Notes under the pieces: model-generated
What the model was told of the DNA's origin: nothing
What the model saw: the letters and a program-made list of their open reading frames with translations, nothing else
The model's database searches: none
From: Hyphomicrobiaceae bacterium
GTDB lineage: Bacteria > Pseudomonadota > Alphaproteobacteria > Rhizobiales > Hyphomicrobiaceae
Length of the DNA stretch: 64,000 nucleotides
Assembly: GCA_033764875.1 (NCBI GenBank)
Contig: JANRIO010000011.1
Coordinates: 6,405 to 70,404, forward strand
Reading direction: 5' to 3'
Translations under genes and position numbers: made by a program
In this document: in pieces, positions 28,922 through 37,711 of the stretch
How positions within the stretch are numbered: the stretch's first letter is position 1
Layout: each line of letters begins with the position of its first letter

Positions 28922-30414
28922 TTGAGCCCCCCGAGCAGGGTCTTGGCTGCAGCCGCCGCAATCTCGACGCTGACCCGGGTGTCGATGCCGAGCCCGATCG
29001 TCGCCGCGCCGAGGAGCAGGATCGGTGCGAGCATGGACAGCGGCGGATCCCGCGCTTCGGCGGCACCTGCCGGCGGATCCCGGAAATAGGCCGCCTCGAC
29101 GATGCGTCCGATGTAGGCGACGGCGACCAACGAGCTCGCCACGACGACGAACACCAGCGGCCAGTAGCCCTTCTCGAGCGCGCCCAGCGCGAGGTACCAT
29201 TTCGAGATGAAGCCCGCCGTTCCCGGAACGCCGATGAGGCCGAGCCCCGCGACCACAAAGGTCGCCATGGTCAGCGGCATCTTGCGGCCCAGCCCGGCGA
29301 GGTCGCTGATGCTGACCGCCCCCACCCGGTAGATCACCGCGCCCAGGGCCATGAACAGGGCCGCCTTCATCACCGCGTGGTTCAGGAGGTGAACGATGCC
29401 GCCGGTCAGCCCGCTCTGGTTGGCCAGCGCGATGCCGAGTGTGATGTAGCCGATCTGCGCGACCGACGAGTAGGCCAGCGCGCGCTTGGCGTTGTCCTCG
29501 AACACCGCGCTCAGCGACGCAAGCAGCATCGCTGCAACCGAAAGCACCAAGAGGATATTGGCAACCGGCAGCGTGTTGAAGGTGATGGCCACCCCGAACA
29601 CCGAGAAGAACAGCCGGATCAGCAGATAGACCGCCACTTTCGTCGCCGTTCCCGCCAGGAACACGGTCGCCACCGACGGCGCATAGGTGTAGGCGTTGGG
29701 CAGCCAGAGATGCAGCGGGAAAAGCGCGAGCTTCAGACACACGCCGACGGTGAGGAACGACAGCGCCGCCAGGATGGGGCGCGCGAACTCCGGTGGCGCC
29801 GTTGCTAGGCGGCTGGCGATGTCGGCGATGTTGAGGCTGCCGGTGACAAGGTAGAGCAGGCCGATGCCGATCACGTACAAGGTCGCCCCGATCGTGCCGA
29901 CGATCAGGTACTGATAGGCTGCCAGCACCGCCCGCCGATGCCGGCCCATGGCGATCAGCACGTAGGTCGACAGCGACGAGATCTCGAGGAAGACGAATAC
30001 GTTGAAGGCATCGCCCGTCACCGTGATGCCGAGCAGGCCGGTCAGGCACAGCAGGTACATGGTGTAGAACCACGCCTGCGCATGCGAATCGATCTCCGAG
30101 GCCACGCTCTTGCGGGCGTACGGCATCAGCACGGCGCCAACCGACGTGACCAGTATCAGCACGAAGGCATTGAGGGCATCGACGCGATACTCGATGCCCC
30201 ACGGCACGGCCCACCCGCCCATGAGGTAGGAGATCGGCTGGCCGGCCTCCAGCACCTTGGCGAGCAGCCACCAGGAAACGCCGGCAGAGCCCCAGGTCGC
30301 AACCAGCGCCGTGCCCCAGGCCGTCGTGCCTCGCCGGAAGAAGGCGGAGATAATGGCAGCGAACAGGGGGATGAGCACGGGCAGGACGGGAAGATGCAGT
30401 TCGAGCGCCTTCAT
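28918..30414 (-). CDS. mrpD: Mrp/Nuo antiporter-like subunit, first MrpD/NuoN-type paralog
   Basis: VFVFLEISSLSTYVLIAMG and about 14 TM helices. Confidence 0.8.
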   Translation of the reverse strand: MKALELHLPVLPVLIPLFAAIISAFFRRGTTAWGTALVATWGSAGVSWWLLAKVLEAGQPISYLMGGWAVPWGIEYRVDALNAFVLILVTSVGAVLMPYARKSVASEIDSHAQAWFYTMYLLCLTGLLGITVTGDAFNVFVFLEISSLSTYVLIAMGRHRRAVLAAYQYLIVGTIGATLYVIGIGLLYLVTGSLNIADIASRLATAPPEFARPILAALSFLTVGVCLKLALFPLHLWLPNAYTYAPSVATVFLAGTATKVAVYLLIRLFFSVFGVAITFNTLPVANILLVLSVAAMLLASLSAVFEDNAKRALAYSSVAQIGYITLGIALANQSGLTGGIVHLLNHAVMKAALFMALGAVIYRVGAVSISDLAGLGRKMPLTMATFVVAGLGLIGVPGTAGFISKWYLALGALEKGYWPLVFVVVASSLVAVAYIGRIVEAAYFRDPPAGAAEARDPPLSMLAPILLLGAATIGLGIDTRVSVEIAAAAAKTLLGGLK

Positions 30415-30776
30415 ATCTCCCCGTCCCTGGCGAAAATCTCGTCCTCCTCGATCGTGCCGTAGGCCTCGTGAATGCGGACGACGAGTGCAAGCCCGAGCGC
30501 CAGCGTGGCGACGCCGACCACGATGGCCGTCAGGATCAGCACGTGCGGCAGCGGGTTCGAGTAGACCTTGAAGGCTGGATCGATGATCGGGGCCGTGCCG
30601 CCGATGATCTTCCCCGGCGCGACGTAGAGCAGATAGACCGAGGTCTGGAACAGCGACAGCCCGACCAGCTTCTTGATCATGTTGCCGCTGGCGATCACGA
30701 CATAGAGCCCGGCGACCATCAGCAGGATCGTGATCAGGTAGTTGTAGTGGGCGATGATCTCGCGCAGCAGCGTCAT
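30411..30776 (-). CDS. mrpC: Mrp antiporter subunit C (NuoK-like)
   Basis: 121 aa, three TM helices, LSLFQTSVYLLY. 4-nt overlaps on both sides. Confidence 0.75.
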   Translation of the reverse strand: MTLLREIIAHYNYLITILLMVAGLYVVIASGNMIKKLVGLSLFQTSVYLLYVAPGKIIGGTAPIIDPAFKVYSNPLPHVLILTAIVVGVATLALGLALVVRIHEAYGTIEEDEIFARDGEI

Positions 30777-31192
30777 GCCCGCCTCCGCCCGGCGAACGCG
30801 TAGAAGATCGCGGTCATGGTGGACGCCACCGTGATCAGAACCCCCGTCTCGATGATCAGGATTCCGAGCGCGTGCCCGCCCGCCGGATCGGCGGCGAGCA
30901 CACCGTAGTCCAGGAACGAGCGGTCGTTGAGCATCGCCGGCAATCCGGCGCTGGCATAGATCAGCACGCCCAAGGGCACGAGCCGCTCGACGACACTTTG
31001 CGGAAAGACGCGCTTGGCCGCGTCGGCACCGAAGATGATGGCGTACACGATCACCATCCCGGCCGTGATCACGCCGGCCTGGAAGCCGCCGCCCGGGCCG
31101 TACTCGCCGTGAAAGTGCACGTACAGCGCAAACAGCAGAATGAATGGGAGGATCAGCTTGACGCCGATCCTCAAGATCACATCATGCCTCAC
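30773..31192 (-). CDS. mrpB: Mrp antiporter subunit B
   Basis: MnhB signature HGEYGPGGGFQAGVI. Confidence 0.8.
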   Translation of the reverse strand: MRHDVILRIGVKLILPFILLFALYVHFHGEYGPGGGFQAGVITAGMVIVYAIIFGADAAKRVFPQSVVERLVPLGVLIYASAGLPAMLNDRSFLDYGVLAADPAGGHALGILIIETGVLITVASTMTAIFYAFAGRRRA

Positions 31193-31746
31193 GGCTGCTC
31201 CCCCCGCTCGTCGCCATCTTGCTTGCGTCGCCGCCCTCTGAGCAGCAGCATGACCCCGATCCCGGCCGTGAAGATCACCGTCGTCTCGCCCAATGTGTCA
31301 TAGCCCCGATAGTCGCCCAGCACCGAGGTGACGACGTTGGGCACGTGCGTTTCCCGGATGGTCTCGGCCAGGTAGCGCGGCACCGTATGCTTGTGGATGG
31401 GCGCGTCGGCCGTACCGAACGGCGGCAGACCCCAGGTGCCCCAGACCAGGGCCGCGCCGACCACGGCCGAGACGAACAGAGGAAGCACGACCGTGCGGGG
31501 CCTTGGATACTCGCGCGACTTGGTCAGGTGCAGCGTCGCCAGGAGCACGACCGTGGAGATGCCCGCGCCGACCGAGGCCTCGGTCATGGCCACGTCGACG
31601 GCGTCGAGCACGATCAGGACGCTTGCCATCAGAAGGCTGTAGATGCCGGCGAGGATGACGACGCCGAACAGGCTGCGCTGGGCGACGATGGCAAGCGTGA
31701 TCGCGGCAAGCAGCGTCAGCAGCACGGCATTGATGAGGGTTTCCAT
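31189..31746 (-). CDS. DUF4040-type membrane protein (equivalent to the MrpA C-terminal / MbhD-E-like segment)
   Basis: METLINAVLLTLLAAITLAIV...VDVAMTEASVGAGISTV...VLGDYRGYDTLGETTV, typical of DUF4040/MnhB-N. ATG at 31746 in the track ORF 31189-32151. Confidence 0.7.
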   Translation of the reverse strand: METLINAVLLTLLAAITLAIVAQRSLFGVVILAGIYSLLMASVLIVLDAVDVAMTEASVGAGISTVVLLATLHLTKSREYPRPRTVVLPLFVSAVVGAALVWGTWGLPPFGTADAPIHKHTVPRYLAETIRETHVPNVVTSVLGDYRGYDTLGETTVIFTAGIGVMLLLRGRRRKQDGDERGEQP

Positions 31747-32114
31747 CAGGCGGTCTCGCGATCGCTGGGCGGCTCCGCGGTGTCGCTGCCGGCGCTCCCG
31801 CGACGATCCTCGTGAAGCAACGGGTCCACGCCTTCGTGCAAGGCGGCCTGGGCCAGCGCGTGCGTCACGACGGGCCCGACGAAGAAGAGCAACGCGACCA
31901 GGAACCCAAGCTTGACCGCCACGAGGCTGAAGCCCGCCTGCAGCATCAGGCCGCCCAACAGGAGGCCGGCGCCGAGCGTGTCCGTGACGCTTGCCGCGTG
32001 CATGCGCGTGTAGAGATCCGGCATGCGCACCAGACCAAGCGCCCCGACCACAACGAATGCGCTGCCCGAGAGGATCAGGATCCAGCTGAGGGCATCCAGG
32101 ACCAGGACGCTCAT
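31746..32114 (-). CDS. mrpG: Mrp antiporter subunit G
   Basis: MnhG signature RMPDLYTRMHAASVTDTLG. Confidence 0.8.
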   Translation of the reverse strand: MSVLVLDALSWILILSGSAFVVVGALGLVRMPDLYTRMHAASVTDTLGAGLLLGGLMLQAGFSLVAVKLGFLVALLFFVGPVVTHALAQAALHEGVDPLLHEDRRGSAGSDTAEPPSDRETA

Positions 32115-32389
32115 TTGGCCTCCTTGTCCGCATCGTAGGCAAGATCGCCATGGCGGAAGAACTTCAGCACCGCCAGCGTCGAGATCACGTTGAGCAGGCC
32201 GTAGGTAATGCCGATGTCGAGCCACTCCGGCCGGCCGGTGAGAAAGCCGACCACGGCGAGCAGCAGGATCGCCAGCGTGCCCACCGAGTTGCCGGCGAGC
32301 ACCCGGTCGAACACCGTCGGACCGCGGATCGCCCGCACCACGGCCAGAAGCAGGGCGATCAGGATCGCGACGGCTGCAGCAGCAAACAT
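32111..32389 (-). CDS. mrpF: Mrp antiporter subunit F
   Basis: 92 aa, three TM helices, GPTVFDRVLAGNSVG motif. Confidence 0.75.
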   Translation of the reverse strand: MFAAAAVAILIALLLAVVRAIRGPTVFDRVLAGNSVGTLAILLLAVVGFLTGRPEWLDIGITYGLLNVISTLAVLKFFRHGDLAYDADKEAK

Positions 32390-32889
32390 CAAGCCCCTCC
32401 TTCGAACCTCTTGACGCGGGCATCCATGCCTCCGGCTTCCAGATCGAGCGCGCCGTCGCGGACAAGCGCGTGCACCGTGAGGCGGTTGCCTCGCACGCCG
32501 GTGGTGATCGTGCCTGGAGTGAGGGTGATCGAGTTCGCGTAGGTCGCAATGCCGGCCGAGGTCCGCTGGCTCGCCGTCACCACCGTCATGGTCGGCGAGA
32601 TCGGCAGTCGGGGATGAAGAATGATCCTCGTCACCGCCCACGCCGACTTGGCGATCTCCCAGACGAGCCAAGGGAAATAGGTCAGCGCCTGCCCGAACAG
32701 GTGGGCCGGATGCCCCTCGTCGTCGACCACCTTCATGCGGGCCCCGACGAGAACGCACAGCAGCGAGCACGCCGCGCCGATCCCGATCAGTAGCGGAGTG
32801 TAGTGGCCGGACAGGGCCAGCCAGAATGCGAACAGCAAGACGCCGAGACTGACGTAACGCATGAGCCCTCCCCGTATGCCAGAGGTCAC
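32389..32889 (-). CDS. mrpE: Mrp antiporter subunit E (first gene of the operon)
   Basis: MnhE-like FWLALSG...YANSITLTPGT. Possible alternative start at 32862 (MRYVSLG). Confidence 0.75.
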   Translation of the reverse strand: MTSGIRGGLMRYVSLGVLLFAFWLALSGHYTPLLIGIGAACSLLCVLVGARMKVVDDEGHPAHLFGQALTYFPWLVWEIAKSAWAVTRIILHPRLPISPTMTVVTASQRTSAGIATYANSITLTPGTITTGVRGNRLTVHALVRDGALDLEAGGMDARVKRFEGGA

Positions 32890-33205
32890 GTCCGGCGTGG
32901 CCTCTGGGACGTACCCTGCCTAGACCTGGGCAGCGGGAGCCTCTCCCCCATCTCCGCAGCGGTTCGCTCCCTGACAATCTCTAGGCCAGGAATACTGCGT
33001 GGGCAACTGATCCATCTGGCGGGTTGCTGGGTCCCACGTCCAGGATTGGGTCGCCGGCAATTGGACCCGGCCCCGACCATCTCCACAGCCCGAATAAGGC
33101 CGCCAATAGTCTGCCCATCGGCAGTGCGATGCTCCATCGAAACCCGTCCGAGGGGGACCGCGAAGGTCCTTGCCCTCATCGGTCCGTCTGGGAGAGTGTG
33201 CAAGC

Positions 33206-33940
33206 ATGAAGCTCGATGATCCGAAGGCGACTGCCCTGTTCCTCGATCTCGATGGGACGCTGATCGACATCGCACCGACGCCGGACAGCGTGCACGTTCC
33301 CGATGGCCTTGCCGCGATGCTGGGGGAGCTGACACGCCAGCTCGACGGGGCGCTGGCGATCGTGACGGGGCGCACGATCGCGGATGTCGACCGCTTCCTT
33401 GCGCCGTTGACGCCGGTGGCGGCAGGCGTGCACGGCGCGGAGCTGCGTCACGGGCCTGGCGGTGAGATCACGGTCAGGGCGGATCCGATCGATGCCGGGG
33501 TGGCCCAGTCGGTGCGGCGGGTGGCAGCCGAGCACGCCTCCGTCATGGTCGAGACCAAGCATGCCTCCATCGCCGTGCACTACCGCCAGGCGCCGTCGCT
33601 TGCCCCGGTTCTGGAGGTCGCGCTCGCGCGCATCCTCGACGATGGCCCGGACCATCTCATTCTCGCGCACGGGCGCCAGGTCTTCGAGATCGTACCCCGG
33701 CACGTTTCCAAGGGCGCGGCGCTGCAAGCGATCATGGATCTGCCGGCCTTTGCCGGTCGGCGGCCCGTCATGATCGGCGATGACGTCCCCGACGTGCCGG
33801 CGCTGGAGGCGGCGATCCGTCTCGGCGGCTCGGGTCTGCGGGTGGCCGGCGAGCACTTCTCCCCCGCCGAGGCCGACTTCATGGGGCCGGTCGAGGTTCG
33901 CGCCTGGCTCCGGGCCCTCTCGGAAGGGCTCGCACGATGA
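33206..33940 (+). CDS. otsB: Trehalose-6-phosphate phosphatase (HAD family)
   Basis: LFLDLDGTLIDIAP (HAD motif I), IVTGR, and GDDVPD motif. Immediately upstream of otsA. Confidence 0.85.
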   Translation: MKLDDPKATALFLDLDGTLIDIAPTPDSVHVPDGLAAMLGELTRQLDGALAIVTGRTIADVDRFLAPLTPVAAGVHGAELRHGPGGEITVRADPIDAGVAQSVRRVAAEHASVMVETKHASIAVHYRQAPSLAPVLEVALARILDDGPDHLILAHGRQVFEIVPRHVSKGAALQAIMDLPAFAGRRPVMIGDDVPDVPALEAAIRLGGSGLRVAGEHFSPAEADFMGPVEVRAWLRALSEGLAR

Positions 33941-34004
33941 CGGTGCCGCCATCGCGCGGCCTTGCCGGCGGCGGCACCGGTGGCCAGGCCAGGGAGGGCG
34001 AGTG

Positions 34005-36290
34005 ATGGCGCGCCTTGATCGTCTCCGCACCCGCTTGCTTGCGCTGGCGCGACGCGCGGGCGCCGACCGCTTCTGGCGCAACCCGCTCACCCGCTACGCC
34101 GCGTTGGCGCTGGCTGCAGCCCTCATCATGATTGCCGCCATTGCGCCGCTGGCGTCCGTGATGGTCGAGGGCTGGTCGAACCGCGACATCGAGTTGCGCG
34201 CCCGCCTCGTGTTTCGCTCCATTCGCGACCAGGTGGCGGTCGGCATTGCCGCCAAGCCCGATTTCGATCTCATCCCCTTCTTCGAGCGGCTGGCCGAGGA
34301 CGAGCGCATCCTCGCGCTGGGCTACTGCACCGATCAGGGCCAGTTGCGCTATGCGACAAAGCTGCTGCCCAAGGCCGTCACCTGCGCCAGCATCAAGCGC
34401 GACAAGAGCGACACCGTCGCCACGGTCGCCGATGCGGGCCGACGCATCCATGTCAGCGCCTTCCCCATCACGGCGGGATCCGCGACCGGGCACCTGCTGG
34501 TGTTGCACGACCTTGCCTACATCGACGAGCGCGCGAGGGAGGCGCGGCTCTATTCCGTGCTGGCCCTTGTCGGCGTGGCGACGGGCCTCGGGCTGCTGGC
34601 GGCCGCAATCTTTCTCGGCCTCATGCGGGCGTGGGCCCGCTCCATCCGCTCCGCCATCGTCGACGCACAGGCCACCGGCGGCGAGGCCGCCGGCCCCCAG
34701 CGCAGCGATTTCCCCATAAGCCGGGAGGTGCACGCCGTGCTCGCCGAGATGCGGCTCGAGCGGCGCTTCGCCGACGGCATTCATGTCGAATGGTCGCCCA
34801 AGACGTTGCACCGGCTTCTCAGGGAAGAGTTGCCCGGCGCCGAGGTGCTGGTCGTCTCGAACCGCGAGCCCTACATTCACTACCGGACCAATGGCGCAGT
34901 CGCCGTTCAGATCCCGGCCAGCGGCCTCGTCGCCGCCCTCGAGCCCGTCATGCGCGCCTGCGGCGGCACCTGGATCGCCCACGGATCTGGCAGCGCCGAC
35001 CGGGAGACGGTCGACGTGCACGACCGTCTGCGCGTCCCGCCGGCAAGCCCGGCCTATACGCTCAGGCGCGTATGGCTCACGGACGAGGAGCAGGACGGCT
35101 ACTACTACGGACTGGCCAACGAGGGGCTGTGGCCGCTCTGTCATATCGCCTTCGTGCGTCCGACCTTTCGCGAGCAGGACTGGGCGCAGTACCAGGCGGT
35201 CAACGCGCGCTTCGCCGACGCCGTCGTGGCGGAGGCCGCGACCGAGGATCCCATCGTTCTCGTCCAGGACTACCACTTCGCCCTGCTGCCGCGGATGATC
35301 CGCAAGCGGTTGCCGAAAGCCACCGTCATCACCTTCTGGCACATCCCCTGGCCGAACGCGGAGACGTTCAGCATCTGCCCGTGGCGCGAGGAGATCATCG
35401 ACGGGCTTCTCGGCAGCACCATCCTCGGCTTCCACACCCAGTTCCACTGCAACAACTTCATCGAGGCGGCCGACCGCTTCATGGAGAGCCGCATCGACCG
35501 CGAGCATTCCTCGGTCACGCTCGGTGGTCACGAGACGCTCATCCGGCCCTATCCGATTTCGATCGAATGGCCCCCGGCCGCGCTTGCCGATCAGGCTCCC
35601 GTGCGCGAATGCCGGGACGCCGTGAGGCAGCGGTTCTCGTTGCCTCCGGACGTTCGCATCGCCGTGGGCATCGAGCGTTTCGACTACACGAAAGGCATCT
35701 TCGACCGCATCCGTGCCATCGACGACCTGCTCGCGCGGCAGCCCGAGTGGCGTGGCAAGCTCGTCTTCATCCAGGCCGCCGCGCCGACCCGCAGCAAGCT
35801 CGAGGCCTACAGCACGCTGCAAGCGGAAGCGGTGCGGTTCGCCGAGGAGACCAACGCGCGCCACGCGAGCAACGGCTACAAGCCGATCCTGCTCGTCATT
35901 CGCCATCATGAGCCGGCCGAGGTCTACGAGCTGTTCCGCGCCGCCGACATCTGCATCGTCTCGAGCCTGCACGACGGCATGAACCTCGTCGCCAAGGAGT
36001 TCGTCGCCGCTCGCGACGACGAGCGCGGCATTCTCGTGCTCTCGAGCTTCGCAGGCGCCTCGCGCGAGCTGTCGGAGGCGCTGATCGTCAACCCCTACGA
36101 CACCCACGGCATGGCCGAGGCGCTCGGGCAGGCATTGCGCATGCCGGCCACCGAGCAGCGCGACCGCATGCGCCTGATGCGCGAGCTCGTCCGCCAGCGC
36201 AACGTCCACCGCTGGGCCGCCCAGATGCTGCTCGACGCGGCCCGACTGAGGAGGAGGGAGCGGGTCATCGGAGCACCTGCGGCCCGATGA
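34005..36290 (+). CDS. otsA: Trehalose-6-phosphate synthase (GT20) fused to a ~280-aa N-terminal two-TM module
   Basis: GT20 core from about aa 285 ([56 protein letters not shown]). The N-terminus has helices [23 protein letters not shown] and [25 protein letters not shown] flanking about 150 aa. Confidence 0.85.
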   Translation: MARLDRLRTRLLALARRAGADRFWRNPLTRYAALALAAALIMIAAIAPLASVMVEGWSNRDIELRARLVFRSIRDQVAVGIAAKPDFDLIPFFERLAEDERILALGYCTDQGQLRYATKLLPKAVTCASIKRDKSDTVATVADAGRRIHVSAFPITAGSATGHLLVLHDLAYIDERAREARLYSVLALVGVATGLGLLAAAIFLGLMRAWARSIRSAIVDAQATGGEAAGPQRSDFPISREVHAVLAEMRLERRFADGIHVEWSPKTLHRLLREELPGAEVLVVSNREPYIHYRTNGAVAVQIPASGLVAALEPVMRACGGTWIAHGSGSADRETVDVHDRLRVPPASPAYTLRRVWLTDEEQDGYYYGLANEGLWPLCHIAFVRPTFREQDWAQYQAVNARFADAVVAEAATEDPIVLVQDYHFALLPRMIRKRLPKATVITFWHIPWPNAETFSICPWREEIIDGLLGSTILGFHTQFHCNNFIEAADRFMESRIDREHSSVTLGGHETLIRPYPISIEWPPAALADQAPVRECRDAVRQRFSLPPDVRIAVGIERFDYTKGIFDRIRAIDDLLARQPEWRGKLVFIQAAAPTRSKLEAYSTLQAEAVRFAEETNARHASNGYKPILLVIRHHEPAEVYELFRAADICIVSSLHDGMNLVAKEFVAARDDERGILVLSSFAGASRELSEALIVNPYDTHGMAEALGQALRMPATEQRDRMRLMRELVRQRNVHRWAAQMLLDAARLRRRERVIGAPAAR

Positions 36291-36360
36291 TGCCGAGCGG
36301 CGTCGCGGCCGGATCCTCGATCGGCGCCGGGAAGACATGCGCCACGCGATCCGCGCGCCC

Positions 36361-36801
36361 TCAATGCAGGAACGTGACGCTGGTTCGCTCGACTCGCCAT
36401 TGCAGCCGCGTCCTGTCGCTGCCCTCCGGCAGCCCTTCGAGGTCGGGGTAGGGCAAGCATTGGCCGGCGCTCTGCCCGGGCCGCAGCGTCTCGTCCAGCT
36501 TCAGGATCCGGCGCGGGACCAGGTTGCCGGTCTTACCCGGCAGCCGCGCCTCGATCACGAACTCGATGTCGATGGCCGTCCACGCCGACGTGTTGTCGGC
36601 GCGCACGAGAAGGGAGGTACGAGGGTCGGGGCAGTTGCCCGCGGCGAGCGTCAGCACGACCCTGTCCTGCGCCGCCACGCGCTGCCTGTCGTCGTACCAG
36701 TGCAGCGCCAGGCCTGCGGCGGCGAACAGCGACAGCACGATGGCGAGATTGCGCAATGTGCGCGAGGCGCGCGGGTTGGCGGATGGCGTGTCCACACTCA
36801 T
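36361..36801 (-). CDS. Hypothetical membrane-anchored protein
   Basis: A single N-terminal TM (LRNLAIVLSLFAAAGLALHWY) and a non-repetitive body. No family recognised. Confidence 0.45.
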   Translation of the reverse strand: MSVDTPSANPRASRTLRNLAIVLSLFAAAGLALHWYDDRQRVAAQDRVVLTLAAGNCPDPRTSLLVRADNTSAWTAIDIEFVIEARLPGKTGNLVPRRILKLDETLRPGQSAGQCLPYPDLEGLPEGSDRTRLQWRVERTSVTFLH

Positions 36802-36928
36802 GGGCCCTCACTCCTGACGCAGGACCCTACCACACTCGGGGGTGTCGATGCTCGAGAGGGTGCCATGCGTTCCTGCGCGGGGATGCGGCAGCGCCTGGCG
36901 GCCGCACCCCCTCGGCTCACGGCACAGC

Positions 36929-37228
36929 TCAGGTCTTGGCAGCGCCGGCCCGGCGCTCCTGGTTGCGCTGCCAGTACACGAACAGGACGGACACCACCGC
37001 CGTGATGATCGCCGTGAGCTGGATCTCGGGGCGCTGGATGAAGACCAGCCAGGCGTTGAGGCCCGCCGAGAAGGAGGGCTGCTTGCCCGCCAGCATGCCG
37101 TTCGCCACCATGATCGCGAACAGGACGAGCGAGCTGAGCGCCAAAGCCATCGCGATCTGCATCGTCCGCTTCAGAACCCTGGGCACCGGCAGTCGGCGTC
37201 CCGCGACAACCAGGCTGGTTGTATCCAT
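36929..37228 (-). CDS. Hypothetical small membrane protein (~99 aa, three hydrophobic segments)
   Basis: From MDTTSLVVAGRR... inside the track ORF 36929-37360. No family recognised. Confidence 0.4.
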   Translation of the reverse strand: MDTTSLVVAGRRLPVPRVLKRTMQIAMALALSSLVLFAIMVANGMLAGKQPSFSAGLNAWLVFIQRPEIQLTAIITAVVSVLFVYWQRNQERRAGAAKT

Positions 37229-37711
37229 CGAAGTCTCCTCGTCGCTGTTGGAGCAAAAGCCTCGATCGAAAAGGGGCCCGCACCTCCGGACGGCGGGCCG
37301 CACGCGGCTGCGCTTGCGCCCGTGCCTTGCCGGCAGAGCTCCGCGCGGCCAGCCGGGCAACGGCCGGCGGCACGCAGCCCGGTGCGGCGGTCCCCGAGGC
37401 GAGGATGAAGCATGCCCCCGGCGCTGCCAATAGCCGCGACCCCGCGCGCGGGCCTGGCGGGCGGAGCAAAGCCGGCTCGTGTCGCCAAAATTGCAGATGT
37501 GTTGCAGCTTTGCGTCGCGGGCCGCGTGCGCCCCGGGACGATTGCCGATTGCAATATGTTTCAGTGGATTGCGCGGCTGGCTCGTCGCGCCGCCAGCGCC
37601 CGCGACCCTCTGCGCGAGGTGCGCGCGTCACCGGCTGGCACGCGCGTTAACCAGTTCTTTACGCGGATCGACGCCCTTTGAGCGCATCTGTCTCGAAGGG
37701 GGCCGCTCTCC

